A stretch of 64,000 nucleotides of DNA from positions 4,134 to 68,133 of the forward strand of contig CAVKNZ010000003.1 in assembly GCA_963657885.1 (NCBI GenBank), given 5' to 3'. A program made the translations under genes and the position numbers. The notes beneath the pieces were generated by a model. It did not search any database, was not told where the DNA came from, and saw only the letters and a program-made list of their open reading frames with translations. Positions 59,960 to 64,000 of this stretch are shown piece after piece. Positions within the stretch are counted from its first letter, which is position 1, and every line of letters starts with the position of its first letter. This DNA comes from Bacteroidaceae bacterium (GTDB lineage Bacteria; Bacillota_I; Bacilli_A; RFN20; CAG-826).

Positions 59960-61930
59960 TTATTTGAGATGCAAAAGAGTAAATTCAGCTAAATCTTCCG
60001 GAGTGAAATGGAAATATTTTAAAGCATCTTTTGCAGGTGCGCTTGTTCCGAAGCAGTCAATCCCGAAACAATGATCAGCGTATTTATGCCATCCAAAGGT
60101 CGATAGCATTTCTACGGAAACAATTCTATTTTTAGGCAAAGATAGAACTGATTGACGATATTTTTCATCTTGTTTATCAAACAAATAAGTCGAAGGCATC
60201 GAAACAACTTCAACATCTAAGCCTTTTTCAAGCAATATTTTTTGAGCAGCAATCGCCAATGAGACTTCGCTTCCAGTAGCAAGTAAAATTGCTTCCGCCT
60301 TTTTATGAGCTTTGCTAATGACATAGCCTCCTTTATCGACTCCATCTAATTTAGAATCTAACAATGGAAGATTTTGTCTAGAAAGAATTAAAGCAGTCGG
60401 TGTTTCTTTGCTTTCTAATGCTATTTTCCAAGCTTCGTAAGTTTCTCTATAATCGCATGGTCTTATAACATTGACATTTGGAATGCTTCTAAGCATTGCT
60501 AAAGTTTCAATTGGTTGATGAGTTGGTCCATCCTCGCCTACCGCAATGCTATCGTGGCTAAATAAATAAATGCCAGGCAATTTGCTTAAAGCTGCCATTC
60601 TAATTGCAGCTTTCATGTAATCGGCAAAGACTAAGAAAGCGCCAACATAGCTTTTAAGACCTTTATGCAAAAGCATACCGTTTTGCACAGAAGCCATCGC
60701 AAATTCGCGAATACCAAAATTGATATTTCTGCCATTTGGTGTTTGCTTTGTGAAATTGACTCCATCATTAATTTTTGTCATCACACTTCCGGCAACATCA
60801 GCACTTCCGCCCATCAAGAATGGAATTTCGTTATGTAATAGATTAAGAATTTTTCCGCTAGCGACACGTGAAGAATCATTGTTGCCTTCTATAAATGTAG
60901 GTGCTTCTTTTAAATAAGCGTCAACATTTCCATTGATAGCATCGAGGAAAATTTTAGCTTCTTCAGGATTTTCTTTTTGATAATTAGCAAATGTTTTTTG
61001 CCAATTATTTTCAGCTTCTTCGCCACGTTTAGCAAAACCATTTTTGAAATTGTCATAAACTTCCTCTGGGATGAAGAAATCAGGATAGTTATAGCCATAG
61101 ATTTCTTTAGCGTGTTTTCCATCTTCTTCGCCCAAAGGATTTCCGTGAACTTTGCTTGTTCCTTGCTTTTCGCTTCCATAGCCAATGATTGTGTGAACCA
61201 TGATTAAAGTTGGCTTGTCATCGCTTTTTTTCGCTTCAACGATAGCGTTATTAATTGCTTCTAAATCGTTTCCATCATTAACTTCGATGACATTCCATTC
61301 GGAAGCGATGAAACGTTGTTTAACGTTTTCACTAAAAGATAAATCTAAGCCACCATCTAAAGTGACATTGTTGGCGTCATAGAAAAGTATTAATTTATTT
61401 AAACGCTGATGTCCTGCTAAAGAAATAGCTTCTTGCGACAAACCTTCTTGCAAGCAACCATCTCCGCATAAAACGTATGTATAGTGAGAAATTAATTTAT
61501 TACCGTCTTTATATTGAGCAGATACTGCTCTTTCAGCCATCGCCATTCCTACTGCTTGAGCGATTCCTTGTCCAAGCGGTCCAGAAGTTGCATCGACTCC
61601 TTTGGTGTGTCGATATTCAGGATGACCAGGAGTTAGGCTATTTAATTGTCTAAAAGATTTCAAATCATCGAGACTTAATTCGTAACCAGAAACATGGAGT
61701 AAAGTATATAAAAGTGAACTTGCATGTCCAGCAGAAAGAACGAAGCGATCACGATTAATCCATTCTGGATCTTTTGGATTAGCAACTAAATGTTTACTAA
61801 ATAACGTGTATAAAATCGGCGCGCTTCCTAAAGCCATTCCTGGATGACCAGATTTGGCTTTGTTGACCACATCGATGCACATCGCCCGTATGGCGCTTAC
61901 TGATAATTTATCGATTTCTTTTTGAGTCAT
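59960..61930 (-). CDS. tkt: Transketolase
   Basis: SGHPGMALG, GPLGQGI, GDGCLQEG, FGIREFAM, HDSIAVGEDGPTHQP. Confidence 0.97.
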   Translation of the reverse strand: MTQKEIDKLSVSAIRAMCIDVVNKAKSGHPGMALGSAPILYTLFSKHLVANPKDPEWINRDRFVLSAGHASSLLYTLLHVSGYELSLDDLKSFRQLNSLTPGHPEYRHTKGVDATSGPLGQGIAQAVGMAMAERAVSAQYKDGNKLISHYTYVLCGDGCLQEGLSQEAISLAGHQRLNKLILFYDANNVTLDGGLDLSFSENVKQRFIASEWNVIEVNDGNDLEAINNAIVEAKKSDDKPTLIMVHTIIGYGSEKQGTSKVHGNPLGEEDGKHAKEIYGYNYPDFFIPEEVYDNFKNGFAKRGEEAENNWQKTFANYQKENPEEAKIFLDAINGNVDAYLKEAPTFIEGNNDSSRVASGKILNLLHNEIPFLMGGSADVAGSVMTKINDGVNFTKQTPNGRNINFGIREFAMASVQNGMLLHKGLKSYVGAFLVFADYMKAAIRMAALSKLPGIYLFSHDSIAVGEDGPTHQPIETLAMLRSIPNVNVIRPCDYRETYEAWKIALESKETPTALILSRQNLPLLDSKLDGVDKGGYVISKAHKKAEAILLATGSEVSLAIAAQKILLEKGLDVEVVSMPSTYLFDKQDEKYRQSVLSLPKNRIVSVEMLSTFGWHKYADHCFGIDCFGTSAPAKDALKYFHFTPEDLAEFTLLHLK

Positions 61931-61948
61931 TCTCTTTCTTCCTTTTCT

Positions 61949-63685
61949 TTAAGCGTTTTGTTTTTTAATTTCGATGCCTAACTCTTCGAGTTGAGCTTCA
62001 TCGACTTTGTTAGGAGCACCGCTCATCGGGCAAGCCGCTTTTAAATTCTTTGGGAAAGCGATGACATCGCGGATATTATCAGTTCCGCAGATTATCATCG
62101 ATAGTCTTTCTAAGCCAAAAGCAATGCCTCCGTGAGGTGGAGTGCCATAATCGAAAGCTTTGACAAAGAAGCCAAATTTTCTTGCGATGTCTTCTTCACT
62201 AAAACCAAGAATTTCGAAAACTCTTTTTTGCATATCTTGGTCATATATTCTTAATGAACCGCCACCAGCTTCATAGCCATTTATGACGATATCATAAGCT
62301 GCTGATAAGCATTTGCTAGGATCGGTATAAAGATATTGTTCAGTTTCTTTGCTTGGTCTAGTAAATGGGTGATGAAGAGGTTTATATGAGCCATCGTGAA
62401 TATCTTTTTCAAACAATGGGAAATTAACAACCCATAATAAGTCGTAAGTATTTTCTTTAATTAAGCCTAATTCATGAGCGTATTTGCTACGTAAAGCACC
62501 TAAGCAGAAGTTTACTTGCTCTAATTTTCCGGCCGCGACAATTAAGATATCATTTTCTTTGATTTCTACTTTGCTTGCTAATTCTTTTAACGCATCTTCA
62601 GTAAAGAATTTATTCAAACTGCTTTCTAAGGTATTGTTAACGTATTTAAAGACTCCCACGCTATTAAGGCCAAATTTCTTAGCTTCTAAGTCGAGGGAAT
62701 CCATCACCTTTCTTGTTGTTTTATCAGCAACATTTTTAACAACAATTCCTTTGATTGCGTCGGCATTTTTAAATGTTTCAAATTCAGTTTTTGCTAGAAC
62801 TGATTTTAAATCCATTAAATGCATCGCGAAGCGAGTATCTGGTTTATCGCTTCCATAGACATTGACGGCTTCCGCGTAATCCATTCTTCTTAAAGGAGTT
62901 TTAATATCAACATTTAAGATTTCTTTAAACACTAATTTTAGATAGCCTTCCATGATAGTAAGAATTTCATCTTGATCAAGAAAGGACATCTCTAAGTCAA
63001 TTTGCGTAAATTCTGGTTGACGGTCTTGACGCAAGTCTTCATCTCTAAAACATCTAGCAATTTGATAATATCTTTCAAAACCACCGATCATCAAAAGTTG
63101 TTTAAATAATTGAGGCGATTGAGGCAAAGCATAAAAGGAGCCATTACTAATTCTAGAAGGAACAATATAATCACGCGCTCCTTCGGGAGTCGATAATACT
63201 AAGCAAGGTGTTTCAACTTCAATAAAGCCGTTATTGTCGAAATATTGATGGGCTAATTGAACGATTTTAGCTCGCTTTTTAAGATTTTCTTGTAGACAAG
63301 GTCTTCTTAAATCTAGATAACGATATTTGAGTCTTACATCTTCTAAGGCATCGGTTTCGTTAGCGATAATCATCGGAGTCGTTTTTGCTTTACTTAAAAC
63401 GGTTATATTTTCCGCGACAACTTCGATATCGCCAGTTTTTAAAGCTTTGTTGACAACTTCTTTTTTTCTCACCGTTCCATTAACTTCGATTACGTATTCA
63501 TTACGCACATCAGGAATGCTTGTATTTTCATCCACAAAAATTTGGATGATTCCGCTTCGATCGCGAAGATCGATGAAAATTAATTTTCCTAAATTTCGCT
63601 TTTTGCTTACCCAACCATTAAGGGTAACTTTTTTGCCGACATCTTGTAATGATAAGTCTGTGTTGTAATTAGTCCTTTTGTTCAT
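61949..63685 (-). CDS. aspS: Aspartate--tRNA ligase
   Basis: LNGWV..KRNLGKLIFIDLRD, FRDEDLRQDRQPEFTQID, GGGSLRI, GIAFGLERL. Confidence 0.97.
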   Translation of the reverse strand: MNKRTNYNTDLSLQDVGKKVTLNGWVSKKRNLGKLIFIDLRDRSGIIQIFVDENTSIPDVRNEYVIEVNGTVRKKEVVNKALKTGDIEVVAENITVLSKAKTTPMIIANETDALEDVRLKYRYLDLRRPCLQENLKKRAKIVQLAHQYFDNNGFIEVETPCLVLSTPEGARDYIVPSRISNGSFYALPQSPQLFKQLLMIGGFERYYQIARCFRDEDLRQDRQPEFTQIDLEMSFLDQDEILTIMEGYLKLVFKEILNVDIKTPLRRMDYAEAVNVYGSDKPDTRFAMHLMDLKSVLAKTEFETFKNADAIKGIVVKNVADKTTRKVMDSLDLEAKKFGLNSVGVFKYVNNTLESSLNKFFTEDALKELASKVEIKENDILIVAAGKLEQVNFCLGALRSKYAHELGLIKENTYDLLWVVNFPLFEKDIHDGSYKPLHHPFTRPSKETEQYLYTDPSKCLSAAYDIVINGYEAGGGSLRIYDQDMQKRVFEILGFSEEDIARKFGFFVKAFDYGTPPHGGIAFGLERLSMIICGTDNIRDVIAFPKNLKAACPMSGAPNKVDEAQLEELGIEIKKQNA

Positions 63686-64000
63686 TTTCTAACTCTTTTC
63701 TATCTTCTGCATCATATTCTTCGATAAGTGAAACCAAAACTGTGCTAGCTTCTTCGTTAGACACTTCGGTTTGTACTTGTGTTTTTAAGTTTTTTACTTT
63801 TAAAATCTTCTTTTCAATTTCTTCTTCGCCGATGATTATGGCAAATTTTGCCCTTTTCTTTTCCGCGGATTTAAAGAATGACTTAAAAGATTTAACTTCA
63901 TTATTATATTCGATGATAAAGCCCATTTTTCGCAAGGCAATCGATAATGAGAATGCTTGTGTAAAGCATTTTTCATCTAAGCACATTATGTAATAATCCG
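63669..64000 (-). CDS. hisS: Histidine--tRNA ligase, C-terminal (anticodon-binding) part; 5' end lies outside the window
   Basis: FAIIIGEEEIEKKILKVKNLKTQVQ is the HisS anticodon-binding domain pattern. The frame stays open to nt 64000. The hisS-aspS order matches Firmicutes. Confidence 0.8.
   Translation of the reverse strand, partial: DYYIMCLDEKCFTQAFSLSIALRKMGFIIEYNNEVKSFKSFFKSAEKKRAKFAIIIGEEEIEKKILKVKNLKTQVQTEVSNEEASTVLVSLIEEYDAEDRKELENEQKD

Noticed and set aside
62484-62858. A 124-aa + strand ORF, together with similar long ORFs at 63327-63668, 40907-41290, 17367-17693, 25543-25851 and 56115-56417.
   Set aside because: All lie antisense to, or out of frame within, strongly supported genes (aspS, plsY, dnaJ, the C39 protein, dxs). 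They have low-complexity, Ser/Leu/Phe-rich translations and no SD sequence. They are typical shadow ORFs of AT-rich coding sequence.

Overview
A low-GC (~30%) Firmicute- or Mollicute-type chromosomal segment. UGA is used as a stop codon, and the gene content plus a Mollicute-like EF-P loop suggest an Acholeplasma-like organism, though that cannot be proven from this window. I support 66 protein genes and found no tRNA, rRNA, CRISPR array or IS element.

The backbone is largely colinear with the Bacillus subtilis comE-yqe-yqf-yqg-yqi region:
- comEC-holA-rpsT
- lepA-hemW-hrcA-grpE-dnaK-dnaJ
- rsmE-mtaB, rpsU, ybeY-cdd-era-recO-glyQS-dnaG-sigA-trmK-nif3-ispH-cshB-nfo-ispG-rpmG-efp
- plsY/parE-parC
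- yqeG-yqeH-nadD/yqeK-rsfS
- on the minus strand, hisS-aspS-tkt-asp23-nusB-xseA-xseB-dxs-dinB-xerD-deoB plus an ABC binding protein and permease

The most interesting signals are non-coding:
1. A canonical 28-bp dif (Xer) site at 49471-49498 sits where gene orientation flips. 43 of 48 genes to its left are on +, and all 14 genes from 50132 onward are on -. This is probably the replication terminus.
2. A degenerate dif-like half-site at 55227-55254 lies in direct orientation. Together the two sites bracket a 5.8-kb block that contains xerD itself.
3. A previously unnoticed family of phased pentamer repeats (ACTAA-N6-ACTAA-N6-ACTAT, 27 bp) occurs at six intergenic sites. Each starts at or beside a stop codon, and the orientation is opposite in the two halves of the window.

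Gene-level oddities:
- An orphan C39 peptidase plus membrane-domain protein with no ATPase.
- A stand-alone adenylation-carrier (A-T) didomain.
- A PD-(D/E)XK nuclease fused to an XPD/DinG-like Fe-S helicase.
- In-frame ybeY-cdd and nadD-yqeK fusions.
- A Fic-like protein with a dead catalytic motif.
- Many operon-leading genes whose -10 box lies 6-15 nt from the start codon, implying leaderless or near-leaderless mRNAs.

All functional calls rest on motif recognition and synteny read by eye. No database search was run.
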